A stretch of DNA of 64,000 nt from Candidatus Latescibacterota bacterium (GTDB lineage Bacteria; Latescibacterota; UBA2968; UBA8231), in NCBI GenBank assembly GCA_965217585.1, contig OZ244561.1, positions 6,144,001-6,208,000 on the forward strand, in the 5' to 3' direction. Each line of letters begins with the position of its first letter. The stretch's first letter is position 1. Shown here one piece after another: positions 1-9,252 of this stretch. Position numbers and translations under genes: made by a program. Below the pieces are notes generated by a model that was not told where the DNA came from, searched no databases, and worked only from the letters and a program-made list of their open reading frames with translations.

Positions 1-708
1 CCCCACGGTGACGTGGTCGCCTAGGTTCACCGTCGCCCGGCCCCCCAGCAGATTGGTGTAGCTGTTGAAGGAAGCTGGATTGGGGTCCGTGATAAAGCCG
101 GGCGCGCTGATGCGGGAGGACAGGCCGGTCACGGACAAATCGTCCGAGCGAAAGTCCACCTGTATGCCGTTAAAGACAGCTTTGCGGAAAGTCATCGGCG
201 TCAAGGTGGTGAAAATCTCGTCGCCGATAGTGATGGAATAGGCGTACTGCCCTTTCAGGTCGGAAGCTATTACGAGGTTGCCGAAGATGCCGGCGTACTC
301 GGGGCGCTGGAGGATACGGCTGCCCTCGGAGGTGCGCGGACGCTCCTCAGTCCAGTCGTAGATCAGCCATCCTTTGGTTAGAAAATTGCCGTAAAAATCG
401 TAGAAGTAGTCCCCCTCGTAAAAAGGATTTACGTAGCGCAGGTAGGGCCGTCTGCGTCTGGCATAGTTGGTGTACTCCCACGTCTTCCAGCGATACTCCT
501 GGTACAGTTCCTGGGGCAGGTACCTCTTCTTCACCGCCAGATCCAGGGCACCTGTATCGAACCATGGACCTTGCGGGCGGAACGCCACCTGCCCGCCCCG
601 GTTGTATCCCAGCCGGTTGCCGTAGTCCTGCTGCGGAAAAACGCGCTCCACAGGCGCGGCGAGTAGGAAGAAGAGGGTTGCGCCAAGTAGCGGACCCGTT
701 CTCGTCAT
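1..708 (-). CDS. Exported Tyr/Trp-rich protein, paralog of 790..3588 (3' part runs off the window)
   Basis: Not in the ORF track; hand-translated. ATG at 708 after CAGGAGG gives MTRTGPLLGATLFFLLAAPVERVFPQQDYGNRLG...YLPQELYQEYRWKTWEYTNYA...TIGDEIFTTLTPMTFRKAVFNGIQ...LGGRATVNLGDHVTVG. It is open to base 1 and colinear with the 932-aa neighbour. Confidence 0.9.
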   Translation of the reverse strand, partial: MTRTGPLLGATLFFLLAAPVERVFPQQDYGNRLGYNRGGQVAFRPQGPWFDTGALDLAVKKRYLPQELYQEYRWKTWEYTNYARRRRPYLRYVNPFYEGDYFYDFYGNFLTKGWLIYDWTEERPRTSEGSRILQRPEYAGIFGNLVIASDLKGQYAYSITIGDEIFTTLTPMTFRKAVFNGIQVDFRSDDLSVTGLSSRISAPGFITDPNPASFNSYTNLLGGRATVNLGDHVTVG

Positions 709-789
709 GGAACCCTCCTGAGGGATCGCCTGGCCGTCGCCGGTCTCTCGAAGTGCGGTCTGGTGCTTGGCACGGCGCGTCTCCAACGG

Positions 790-3588
790 CTATTCTATGC
801 CGGAGTAAACCGTGATAAAGGTGGCGTTATTGGTCTCCGAATCGCTTGCTTTGACGATTCTATCGTTTACCCCGGCGATCACCTCGACCGACCGCCGCGT
901 CAATTTAAAGCCCGTTTGCAGGGTGAGCTTATAACCCAGATAATCCGTGACGGTAGACCACTGCAGGGCCAAGCTGAGCTCGTTCAAGTCGCCTGTGGGG
1001 CCGAGCGTGCCCCGGTCTTCCAGCTCGTCCTCGTCTGCCGCTAGGTCGCTGAGGCGCATGTACTCCACGCCCGCCTGCAGCGACGATTTTTGCATCACGG
1101 GGAGCTGGGCGAGCAGGGAGAGGAGGCCCGTCCACTGTTTTCTCTTGTCTTCGCGCTGCAGGAAGGGCGTCTGCCGCAGGAATTCGCTCTTGGCCTGCGG
1201 CCGGATGAACAGCTCGCCGAGCCAGTAGGTGTAGTCCGCTTTGTTTATGAGCCCGAAGAACGTCGAATTGTCGCGCAGCGGGTTTCCGTCCAGATCCCTC
1301 GGGTCGTCGATCTGCTGCGAGAAGACCTCGTATTTGACCTTGTTGTGCACGTTCAAGTCGGGGATCTGGGTGTAGGTCAGACCGAACCACAGGGTGTATA
1401 TCCAGGTGTCCTGGGCGGGCAGGAGATCCACGACGCGCCCGGGAAGGCCGGCCTTGAGGAACGGGGTCGGCTCGAAGCGGTCGTCGGGGATATCGTCTTG
1501 GGTCTTTTTGAGCATGTTGAAGAATCTGAGCCGTCCTACATTCGCGTAATCCCTGTCGAGGGTGAAGAGCCCGTACGTGGTCGCGTTGTCCCGCGCCGCA
1601 GACATCAGCTCTTGGCTCGTCCGGCCCAAGCTCAGCCGCACGCCGGGTGCCAGCTCCGCGCCGCCGTAAACATTGTAGCCGAGGTGGTCCCTTTTGTAGG
1701 GGAAATCGGGCTCCTCGTCGTTTTCGAAACGGTCTATCCAAGCATTGTTGTTCAGATCGATGCCGAAGAGAAACTCGGGGCGGTCCACCCCGTAGCGCAG
1801 GAAAGGCTCTTCGTAGTCGGGCAGCCGGTTGCTGATCGTCTCGTTGTCGTTCTGGTTGAAGTCGGAGACGAAATCGTTGTTTTCGTCCCAGCCGGGAAAG
1901 ACCTGCCGGTCGGACCCCGGTTGATTGGGCCGCGACCAGTCGGGGAAGCGGTCTTGGTCGTCGTTGTCGTCGACGAACTCGTAGAAAAACATGGTCGGGT
2001 TGTCGTAGGTGATGTCCCCGCTCGTATCGACGGTGAACGGACTGGTGGAGTACTCGCGGTCCATGGAAAAGGCTTCCCCGAAAAAGAACCACGGGAAGGC
2101 TAGGTAGGAGAGGTTGACCATCCACCCGTCGGCCCGGAAAGAAGCGTCCTCGAAGTCCCTTTCGGCGTTGAACAGGGCCAGGTTGGGGTACTGCCGGAAC
2201 CGGTGGTTGACATCGTATTCGGCGTAGAGATCGAATCCCGCGATATCCCGCGCTTCGAGGGTGAAGCCGTATATTTGATGGGCCGTGGGCAAGCCGTAGT
2301 CAAAGACGACTCGCCGCTGGTTGGAGCCGTCCTTTACATTGTCTGGGGCCCGCGCCATATCGAAGAGCACGGGTTCCCCTTCGTCGAGGACTTCCCGAGT
2401 GAGGGGGGCCTGCGGCAGCGCCGCCCGCCCCGTCTGCCGGTCGGACCAGACCTGGACGCGGTAGTCGTTGGCCAGGACTAGGTCGAACGTCACCTTGACG
2501 ATCTCGGTCGGATCAGGGCCGATGTAGGCCGGGTCGGTGAAATCGTAGCTGATTATGATCTTTTGCAGTCCGCTCGCCGACAGAAAGCCCTCCTCTTGAA
2601 AACCGCCTTCGATAATCGGCCAGCGCGTCGGATCGTTGGTGAGGCTCTCCAGTCTCAGGTCCTGCCGCACACCGGTCTGGAAATCCTCGTGGACTGCGAT
2701 TACGTCGTACTCGAAGAGGGCCGCTCCGCCCTCTCCGTCTTCGGGCGAATCGTCGCTGAGCACGAGCGCGATAGCGGTGACCGGCAAGCTGGCCTGGCCT
2801 TCGCCGAGGGTGCCTTTGAAGGAGGACGAACTGAAAAAGGAACCCAAGGTGGTGCGCGAGTGGTGCGCATTGAGGTAGGTGGCCCCGACCGTGACGAAAT
2901 CGCCCACCTGGACCGTCGTCCTGCCGCCGACCAAGTTAGTGATATTGGTCCGCCTTTCCGGATCGCGGCGGCCGCCGACCTGGGGGCTGCTCAGACGCGA
3001 AAACAGCATGGTGGCGGCGTACTTGTCCGAGGCGAGGTCGAGTTGGATGCCGTTGAACAGAGGTTTCGAAAAGGTCATGGGGGTCAGCGTCGTCCTGATC
3101 TGATCCCCTATAGTCACGGCGTAAAAGGCCCCCCCTTTCGAGTCGGAGGCCACTATCAGCCGGCTGAACCAGTTGTTGTAGTTCGGATCCTGGTATATCG
3201 AACTGCCCAGCGGCGTCAATACGTCCTGGCGCCAGTCGTAGATGAGCCATCCCCGGGTGACGAAGTTGCCGTAGATATCGTAGAAATAGCCGCCTTCGAG
3301 CGCGGTGTTCACGTAGCGCTGGTAGGGCGATCTGGCGTAGTTGGAGTACTCCCAGGTCTTCCACCGGTACTCCTGGTAGAGTTCCTGCGGGATGTACCAT
3401 CTTTTCACTGTGGGATCGAGCGCGTCGAAGAGCACCCCCGAACCTATCGGTTCGAAGGTGACGGAACCACCCCGACGCTCTCCGAGGCGAGAACTGGACG
3501 TCTGGGCGTGGGAAGGGATGGTGAAGGCTAAAACAGCGAGGAGACCCACCAGGACCTCGGCGACTACCCGGTTCTTATTCGCTGCCAT
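790..3588 (-). CDS. Large exported hypothetical protein, probable outer-membrane protein with Asp/Asn-rich Ca-binding-like loops
   Basis: 932-aa ORF with CAGGAG RBS and signal peptide (…TIPSHA|Q). Contains DDNDDQDRFPD, DENNDFVSDFNQND and DLNNNAWIDRFEND motifs. The C-terminal half has amphipathic beta-strand-like segments. The beta-barrel call is inference. Confidence 0.8.
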   Translation of the reverse strand: MAANKNRVVAEVLVGLLAVLAFTIPSHAQTSSSRLGERRGGSVTFEPIGSGVLFDALDPTVKRWYIPQELYQEYRWKTWEYSNYARSPYQRYVNTALEGGYFYDIYGNFVTRGWLIYDWRQDVLTPLGSSIYQDPNYNNWFSRLIVASDSKGGAFYAVTIGDQIRTTLTPMTFSKPLFNGIQLDLASDKYAATMLFSRLSSPQVGGRRDPERRTNITNLVGGRTTVQVGDFVTVGATYLNAHHSRTTLGSFFSSSSFKGTLGEGQASLPVTAIALVLSDDSPEDGEGGAALFEYDVIAVHEDFQTGVRQDLRLESLTNDPTRWPIIEGGFQEEGFLSASGLQKIIISYDFTDPAYIGPDPTEIVKVTFDLVLANDYRVQVWSDRQTGRAALPQAPLTREVLDEGEPVLFDMARAPDNVKDGSNQRRVVFDYGLPTAHQIYGFTLEARDIAGFDLYAEYDVNHRFRQYPNLALFNAERDFEDASFRADGWMVNLSYLAFPWFFFGEAFSMDREYSTSPFTVDTSGDITYDNPTMFFYEFVDDNDDQDRFPDWSRPNQPGSDRQVFPGWDENNDFVSDFNQNDNETISNRLPDYEEPFLRYGVDRPEFLFGIDLNNNAWIDRFENDEEPDFPYKRDHLGYNVYGGAELAPGVRLSLGRTSQELMSAARDNATTYGLFTLDRDYANVGRLRFFNMLKKTQDDIPDDRFEPTPFLKAGLPGRVVDLLPAQDTWIYTLWFGLTYTQIPDLNVHNKVKYEVFSQQIDDPRDLDGNPLRDNSTFFGLINKADYTYWLGELFIRPQAKSEFLRQTPFLQREDKRKQWTGLLSLLAQLPVMQKSSLQAGVEYMRLSDLAADEDELEDRGTLGPTGDLNELSLALQWSTVTDYLGYKLTLQTGFKLTRRSVEVIAGVNDRIVKASDSETNNATFITVYSGIE

Positions 3589-3629
3589 CCGGTCTATCTC
3601 CTGCCTGAAAGATAAAAGGCATTCGGCTT

Positions 3630-5819
3630 CTAATACACCACGGCTACAGTCCCGCTCATTTCTTCACTTCCGGTATCGGTGTCGACCGCCAGGCTGAACA
3701 GGTATATCCCGGGCGGCACCACCTTCTCCGACAGGTCCGTGCCGTCCCAACGCCACGAGTACCTGCCGCTTTTGTAGTTTTTCACCTCTTCTTTGACGAG
3801 CCGGCCCGCAAGGTCGTACACCCGCACGGTAGTTCTGGCCCCGTCGATCAGCCTGGTGAGATCGTAATTAATCGTGGTGTGGTCGTTGACCTCATCGCCG
3901 TTGGGCGTGAAGACCTCGGGGCTAGCCGCGACATTGATCAGGAAGCTCCCTTTTATCGGCGCCTTTACCACCAGGTCCGCCGGATTGCGCAGGAGCGCGC
4001 TGCCGCCGCTCACTTCGAGCGCGTTGCCCCCGGTCGTCTCCTGGGGAAAGCCTGCCGGATCGTCGGGCAATGCCCTGCCGGAGAACGCCGTTCCGTTTCG
4101 CAGTACGGTGCCCTTGAAGTTTATGCGCAGGAGCGCCGGATTTCCCGCTTCTGGACGGCTGTCCCGTATCCCGGGGAAACGGATCCTGAAGCGATCGTCC
4201 GCTACGAGATCTATGCTGAATTTCCCTTTGACCAGAGGCCCGGCCAGATCGGCGAGCGATTCCTGCGAGAAATCCTCGGCCATGCGGGTCCCGTCCGCCA
4301 GGGACAACTCGACGGCGCCGATCGATGCCACCTGCACGGGGGTGGTGACTTCGAACGAACTGAATCCCAGATCGGAAGCCGTTCGTATATCGGGCACGAC
4401 GGCGTATGAAAACTCCGTGATTTCCCCCAGCTCGGTTTCGCGCGGGGATATCTCGGCTATGACCTCCCGGGCCAGGGACTGGGTGGAAAAATCGAAAGAC
4501 AGGGAGCCGACACCCTTGGCGGAAAAGAGGTCTTCACTGGAGAAATCCACCTTGAACTGGAAGTAGCGGCGCGCTCCCGGCGAGAGGATTTTGACGCCCC
4601 CCCGTCCGGCTTCCATCTCTTCCGCCGTCACGGCTCCGGCGGGAGAATAAGGCGGTGTCCACGGACTCCAATCCTGGATATCGTCGCGCACTAGGCCTTT
4701 TTCCGCGGTCTTCAGTTTTCTGTAATCCTCCTCGGTGAGGGCTATCTCACTCCTCTGTTTTAGGGACAGATCTTTGAACAGGACCAGGGCTTTCCGCACC
4801 CCTAGGCCGGGATGGTCGAGGAGGGTTGTCAATTCCCTTTCATCCGACCCTTCGTCGAATGCGTCCGCCTTCTTCCAGGGCACGGACTCTTGATCGAGAT
4901 CGGTCCTGACGCGGTTGAATACTACGGGCGTGTCGTCCATGCCGCTTCTCGTGCTTATCTCAAAGCGCGACCTGCGGGGATCGCCCAGACTTTCCTCTAC
5001 CCAGCGCAGGTTTCCCCACAGGGCCAGACGCTGGTCCCGCCCCAGCTCGAACACGTCGGACAGGTAGGACGCGACCGGCACGAAACCCTCGCCAAAGACC
5101 TGGACTTCGGCTATTTCAAAGCCGATGGTCGTGTGCGACTTGATGCGGATGAAGCGGACGTACTGGGGGTCTATCGGCAGGTCCACCACTGGATCTTCGT
5201 TTTGCAGGTCGAGCCGGACGCTGGTGAATATCGGCAGTCCGCCGCTCTGCGTCTCCTTCCTCCCGTCGTTGAGCAGGATCTCGTAACCCCTCAAGTAGTC
5301 GTCCTGAAAAGGGAGGTTGGGAGCGGGGAAATCCGGATGGGCGTTGCGCGGAAAAAAAGCGATGCGGCTCACCCCGAAGCGGGCCCCGAGGTCGAGTTGG
5401 ACGACCACGCCGAGGGCGTTGATCCGCCGGATCGAGGTGCTCTTTCTCTCGAAGGCGGTACTGCCGTTATCGTCTATGGCGGTCAGCAGTTCGGCATCGA
5501 GGTTTTCCAGCAGAGTGGGCGCTGTTACCGCACCTCCTCTGTCGAGGAGTCCCAGCGCGATGTTCTCCGTCACATCCGCGCTGGTGGGGAATATCCAGTT
5601 TTCTCTGAAAGCGAAATTGACGACCCCTCCAGGGGTATTTCCGCGGCCCACTTCTTGGGGACCTGCCACGAATACGGGGGCGATGTGTCCGCCGCCCTCT
5701 TGCCAGGGCCGCCCTCCTTCTCCGCCGAGGCGGATGGTGTCTCCCCGCGCTTTGCCGATCGATCCGGGGAAACCTATCAAGCCGGTCAGGATAACCGGGA
5801 CTAGACGAGGAATCAGCAC
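3630..5819 (-). CDS. Secreted discoidin-like domain protein with C-terminal FlgD Ig-like domain
   Basis: Start reassigned to GTG 5819 (AAGAAGGAAAGGA upstream, signal-like VLIPRLVPVILTGLIG). The C-terminus has FTPNGDEVND…YDLAGRLV…WDGTD…VPPGIY, typical of FlgD_ig/CTD. Confidence 0.85.
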   Translation of the reverse strand: MLIPRLVPVILTGLIGFPGSIGKARGDTIRLGGEGGRPWQEGGGHIAPVFVAGPQEVGRGNTPGGVVNFAFRENWIFPTSADVTENIALGLLDRGGAVTAPTLLENLDAELLTAIDDNGSTAFERKSTSIRRINALGVVVQLDLGARFGVSRIAFFPRNAHPDFPAPNLPFQDDYLRGYEILLNDGRKETQSGGLPIFTSVRLDLQNEDPVVDLPIDPQYVRFIRIKSHTTIGFEIAEVQVFGEGFVPVASYLSDVFELGRDQRLALWGNLRWVEESLGDPRRSRFEISTRSGMDDTPVVFNRVRTDLDQESVPWKKADAFDEGSDERELTTLLDHPGLGVRKALVLFKDLSLKQRSEIALTEEDYRKLKTAEKGLVRDDIQDWSPWTPPYSPAGAVTAEEMEAGRGGVKILSPGARRYFQFKVDFSSEDLFSAKGVGSLSFDFSTQSLAREVIAEISPRETELGEITEFSYAVVPDIRTASDLGFSSFEVTTPVQVASIGAVELSLADGTRMAEDFSQESLADLAGPLVKGKFSIDLVADDRFRIRFPGIRDSRPEAGNPALLRINFKGTVLRNGTAFSGRALPDDPAGFPQETTGGNALEVSGGSALLRNPADLVVKAPIKGSFLINVAASPEVFTPNGDEVNDHTTINYDLTRLIDGARTTVRVYDLAGRLVKEEVKNYKSGRYSWRWDGTDLSEKVVPPGIYLFSLAVDTDTGSEEMSGTVAVVY

Positions 5820-5965
5820 AAGTCCTTTCCTTCTTGTTTGACAGCTTTCTCCATCTGGATGGCGAGTATGGCACGCCGCTTGCGCCCGGAATCGTGGATG
5901 GGTTATCGACGAACTGCATCGCGGCTCGGCGACGGGGGATGGGGGGCTCAGTCCCAATTTTGAGA

Positions 5966-6003
5966 TAATATATATTAAGATAGTATTTATTACAGGAGCA
6001 AGC
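5966..6003 (-). promoter_or_regulatory. AT-rich promoter-like region with a perfect 12-bp palindrome
   Basis: TAATATATATTA at 5966-5977 overlaps a TTGCTC-N18-TAATAT arrangement on the minus strand, upstream of the 5819 start. Confidence 0.4.
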
Positions 6004-6145
6004 TTTTTGCGCACTTTGTCCCGCCCCGTCCGGCGGCGGCTGGACAAAGCTTTGAGGAGCCGTCTGAAAATCCCGGTGAGCCCCGAGCGCGGGCGAAAAG
6101 GTCGGCCTTGCCGGCGGGCGTTTTCAAGCGGCTGCAAAGGGAGCA

Positions 6146-7870
6146 TCAATCGGCTCCGGCGGCGAGTTCGAGCTGGTTTTCCCGGATGGTCACCTCGGCG
6201 GCGTATTTTTCTCGCAATTCCGCCAAATACTGTTCGAATATCACCTGCTTCCTCAGCCATTTCACCGTCGCTTCGACGCGCTTTTTGACCTGCGCGAAAC
6301 TCTGGCTCCCTTCCTCTCTGGAGACCACTTTGAATACTGAATACCCACCCTTTACCTCGACGGGGCCTGTGAGTTCCCCCAGCGGGGCCTCCTGGGCGGC
6401 GCGTACCAGGCGGCTGTAGCGCGCTCTTTCGAAGTCGTGGATGTGCATATTCCCCTCTTCGTCCTGCTGCTCGGCCGGCCGCGTGGAATGGGTCCTGGCC
6501 AGTTCGCCCAACGAGGCACCGCCGCGGATCTGCGCCGCCAGACTCCGGGCCTCTTCCTCTGTCTCTACGAGGATCTCCTGCAAGTATAGCTCGGGCCTCG
6601 CGAAATCGTCTCGATGGCTGTCGTAGTAGGACCGCACCTCCTCGGCGGTCACCGCGAGTTCGTCCTCCATCAATTGCTCCCGGAGTACGATCATCAAGAG
6701 CTGTTCGCGCCGTTCGTCGAGAGCCCGGGCTACCGCCTCTTCCCTGTGTATCCCGGTGCGGAGAGCCGCTTCTACGATCACGGCGTTGGCGACCACGGTG
6801 CGGTCCGCAAAGGAGACGGCCTGGGCGCTGTCGGCAAAACCGGCGAGCGGCAGTTTTGCGGTCCTGGCCGCATCGATAAAATCCTCTGCGGTTATTTTTC
6901 CGCCGGAGTGTCTGTAGAGCGTGATACTGCGCTCTGCCGCGGTCTCAAAAGACGCTTGGTCGTCTATTTTTTCCAGAAAAAGGTGCCAGCCCGCCCGGTC
7001 TATTTCGACACCGTATTCACCCCTGAGCTTGGCCGCGATGGCCGCTCTCTGGTCGGTGTATTTCTCTATGTAGAGTGTCCGGTAGATTTTGCGCAGTACA
7101 TCGTCGTTGAGACCGAGGGTCGCCGCATCCGTGAGTTTGTAAATGGCAAAGCGATTTTCGCCGCGCTGCACGGGCTCCGATACCTCGCCCACCTCGAGGG
7201 AGAACAACGCGTCTCGCACGTCCGGAGGGACATCCAGCGGGGTGCTGTAAGCGCCCTCGTCGCCGCCTCTGGCCGCAGTCCGTGCGCCGCTCGAATACTT
7301 TTTGGCGACCTCGCTAAAGCTCTTGCCCGCCCTGAGTTCCCCCACGGCGGCCGCCGCTTTGTCTTCGCCTGCGACCAGTATTTCGTCGAATCTGACCGCC
7401 TTGGACAAACCTTCTCTTTCGAAGTATTCCGCCACTTCTTCCCGGGTTATTTGCACCTTTATCTCCCTCGCCTGGAAAACGGCCAACAGTCTTTTCTCTT
7501 TGAACCGGCGCATGTTCTTTAAAAAGCGGGGACTCTGGTCGATGCCTTGGTCTAGGGCCTCCAGCGCCAAAAGCTCCCTGTCGATCATGGTCTGCAGGTG
7601 GTTCCTGAAGCGTTCTATCCCCGTTTTTTCGCTCTGGAGATATTTGGGGATGTCGCGGCTGAATGCCCGAAATTGTCTTAGGGTGATCGCCCTGTCCCCT
7701 ACTTGGGCGATTATCGGATCTGGGTCCGGGACCGCGGCCGACTCCTGCTTTTCTTCCGCACAGTAGGTGCCGACGAGCAAAAGCGCCGCCGGGACCAGTC
7801 CCATTCTGCCGGTCCTTTTTACGACAGTGGAGATATGGGCTATTTTTCGATATCTATTGCGTTGGTCCAT
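6146..7870 (-). CDS. PpiC-type peptidyl-prolyl isomerase / SurA-PrsA-like foldase with two PpiC domains (alternative start 7804)
   Basis: Two parvulin motifs (EILV…GKSFSEVAKKYS…RGGDEG…LEVGEVSEPV; EILV…GASLGELARTHS…GELTGPV). SurA-like N-domain (AQVGDRAIT…LQTMIDRELL). Possible lipobox LLVGTYC. Confidence 0.85.
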   Translation of the reverse strand: MDQRNRYRKIAHISTVVKRTGRMGLVPAALLLVGTYCAEEKQESAAVPDPDPIIAQVGDRAITLRQFRAFSRDIPKYLQSEKTGIERFRNHLQTMIDRELLALEALDQGIDQSPRFLKNMRRFKEKRLLAVFQAREIKVQITREEVAEYFEREGLSKAVRFDEILVAGEDKAAAAVGELRAGKSFSEVAKKYSSGARTAARGGDEGAYSTPLDVPPDVRDALFSLEVGEVSEPVQRGENRFAIYKLTDAATLGLNDDVLRKIYRTLYIEKYTDQRAAIAAKLRGEYGVEIDRAGWHLFLEKIDDQASFETAAERSITLYRHSGGKITAEDFIDAARTAKLPLAGFADSAQAVSFADRTVVANAVIVEAALRTGIHREEAVARALDERREQLLMIVLREQLMEDELAVTAEEVRSYYDSHRDDFARPELYLQEILVETEEEARSLAAQIRGGASLGELARTHSTRPAEQQDEEGNMHIHDFERARYSRLVRAAQEAPLGELTGPVEVKGGYSVFKVVSREEGSQSFAQVKKRVEATVKWLRKQVIFEQYLAELREKYAAEVTIRENQLELAAGAD

Positions 7871-7926
7871 TTTTCACTGACTCTCCTTGCCGCACGACGA
7901 TTCTGCCGGACTGCGCTGCGCCTGAA

Positions 7927-7955
7927 GATATATGGCAGGTTAGGACGGAGGTCAA
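7927..7955 (-). promoter_or_regulatory. Sigma70-like promoter for the PpiC gene
   Basis: TTGACC-N17-TATATC on the minus strand. Confidence 0.45.
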
Positions 7956-8019
7956 ACCGTCGGCGGAGCCGCGCCTCAGCTCCGCCGGACTCGCGTGCCA
8001 GGTCCTGTGGGCGGATGGA

Positions 8020-8049
8020 TTGACACGCCGCCCGTTGGGGTTGTACAAT
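8020..8049 (+). promoter_or_regulatory. Sigma70-like promoter
   Basis: TTGACA-N18-TACAAT upstream of 8162. Confidence 0.6.
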
Positions 8050-8161
8050 GTCGAGGTGGGCCGGCCGGGAAAGGGTGCTGCAGAACGTAGCCCAGCCGAT
8101 CCCGAGACTCAGTCCCCAGTAGACAACGCAGATACCCACCAAAATTCGAGGTGATTGGATT

Positions 8162-9184
8162 ATGCCCTCGCGCAAACTTCACCGCATAGGGGTCCTGACC
8201 TGCCATCCCACCCATCACCACATGCCGAACATCTACGGCCCCCTCATTCAGTGCGTGCCGATGCAGGAAGACTACACCCCGACTCGCATGACCGGCATGG
8301 AACTGACCCATATCTGGGACCACGATCCCCAACGGGTGGAGAGCTTCTGCGCCAAATTCGGCACGGTCCCGGTGGAACGCTACGACGATATGGTGGACAA
8401 AGTGGACGGCATCATGCTCACCAATTTGTGCGCGGGCGACTATTTCCACCTGCTCGCGGCACCTTATTTGCAAGCGGGCATCCCCGTTTTCTTCAATCGC
8501 TGTTTTACGCCGCGGCTCGGCCAGGCCCGGGAAATCGTCGAGCTTTCGCAGAAGCACGGCACCCCCATCATCGTCGCTTCCGCCTGGGAGTACACGGAAG
8601 GGGCGTACGCCCTCCAGGAAGCGGCCGGGCAGTTCGGCCTGTCCGAGATTCGCGGTATAACGGCTTATAACTCCTCCAACGAGATCACCCACGATGTCCA
8701 CGGCCTGTGGCTGGTTCTGGCCGCTGCCGGTGGCGACATTGAGAGCGTTGCGGTGCACCGGAGTATAACGAGCATTTACGAGCACGGCTCCGACACTTGG
8801 ACGGTCAAGTTCAGACAACGCGACGATCATCCTGTATTCTACGCCACCATACACAATACGGTCGCCTTCGGCGGCAATGCCTCGATGAGGATAAATTTCC
8901 GCAATACGGTCTACGAACAGGCCCTGCCGTGGGGCGGGACCAGGGAAACCCGTATGCAGTATTGCTTCATACCTCCTCTCCTGGCCTTCCAGCGCATTAT
9001 CGAGGGGCGGGGTATGGAGCAATCGCACGACCACATCCTGGAGAAAACGGCGGCATTCCTCGCCGGGTTTAAATCGCATCTCGAGCTTGGCGGAAAAGAG
9101 GTTTTGCTCGCCGAACTGGACGACGAGTTCTATGTCGCGGGCGATCCTCAACCCCTCACATACCCCGACGCCGTGTTCGATTAG
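8162..9184 (+). CDS. Gfo/Idh/MocA-like oxidoreductase (divergent)
   Basis: 340-aa ORF. Rossmann-like N-terminus: RIGVL…THIWD…YDDMVDKVDGIML…YLQAGIPVF. Confidence 0.7.
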   Translation: MPSRKLHRIGVLTCHPTHHHMPNIYGPLIQCVPMQEDYTPTRMTGMELTHIWDHDPQRVESFCAKFGTVPVERYDDMVDKVDGIMLTNLCAGDYFHLLAAPYLQAGIPVFFNRCFTPRLGQAREIVELSQKHGTPIIVASAWEYTEGAYALQEAAGQFGLSEIRGITAYNSSNEITHDVHGLWLVLAAAGGDIESVAVHRSITSIYEHGSDTWTVKFRQRDDHPVFYATIHNTVAFGGNASMRINFRNTVYEQALPWGGTRETRMQYCFIPPLLAFQRIIEGRGMEQSHDHILEKTAAFLAGFKSHLELGGKEVLLAELDDEFYVAGDPQPLTYPDAVFD

Positions 9185-9252
9185 CAGGCCGACTTCTCCG
9201 GTCCGCGATCTATGACCACTGATCCGTCCGGGAACAAAAGTCGATTGTGACG

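Noticed and set aside
5820-6260. 146-aa N-terminal extension of the 876-aa ORF in the track
   Set aside because: It overlaps the PpiC gene and crosses an AT-rich promoter region; a good RBS and a signal peptide start at GTG 5819.
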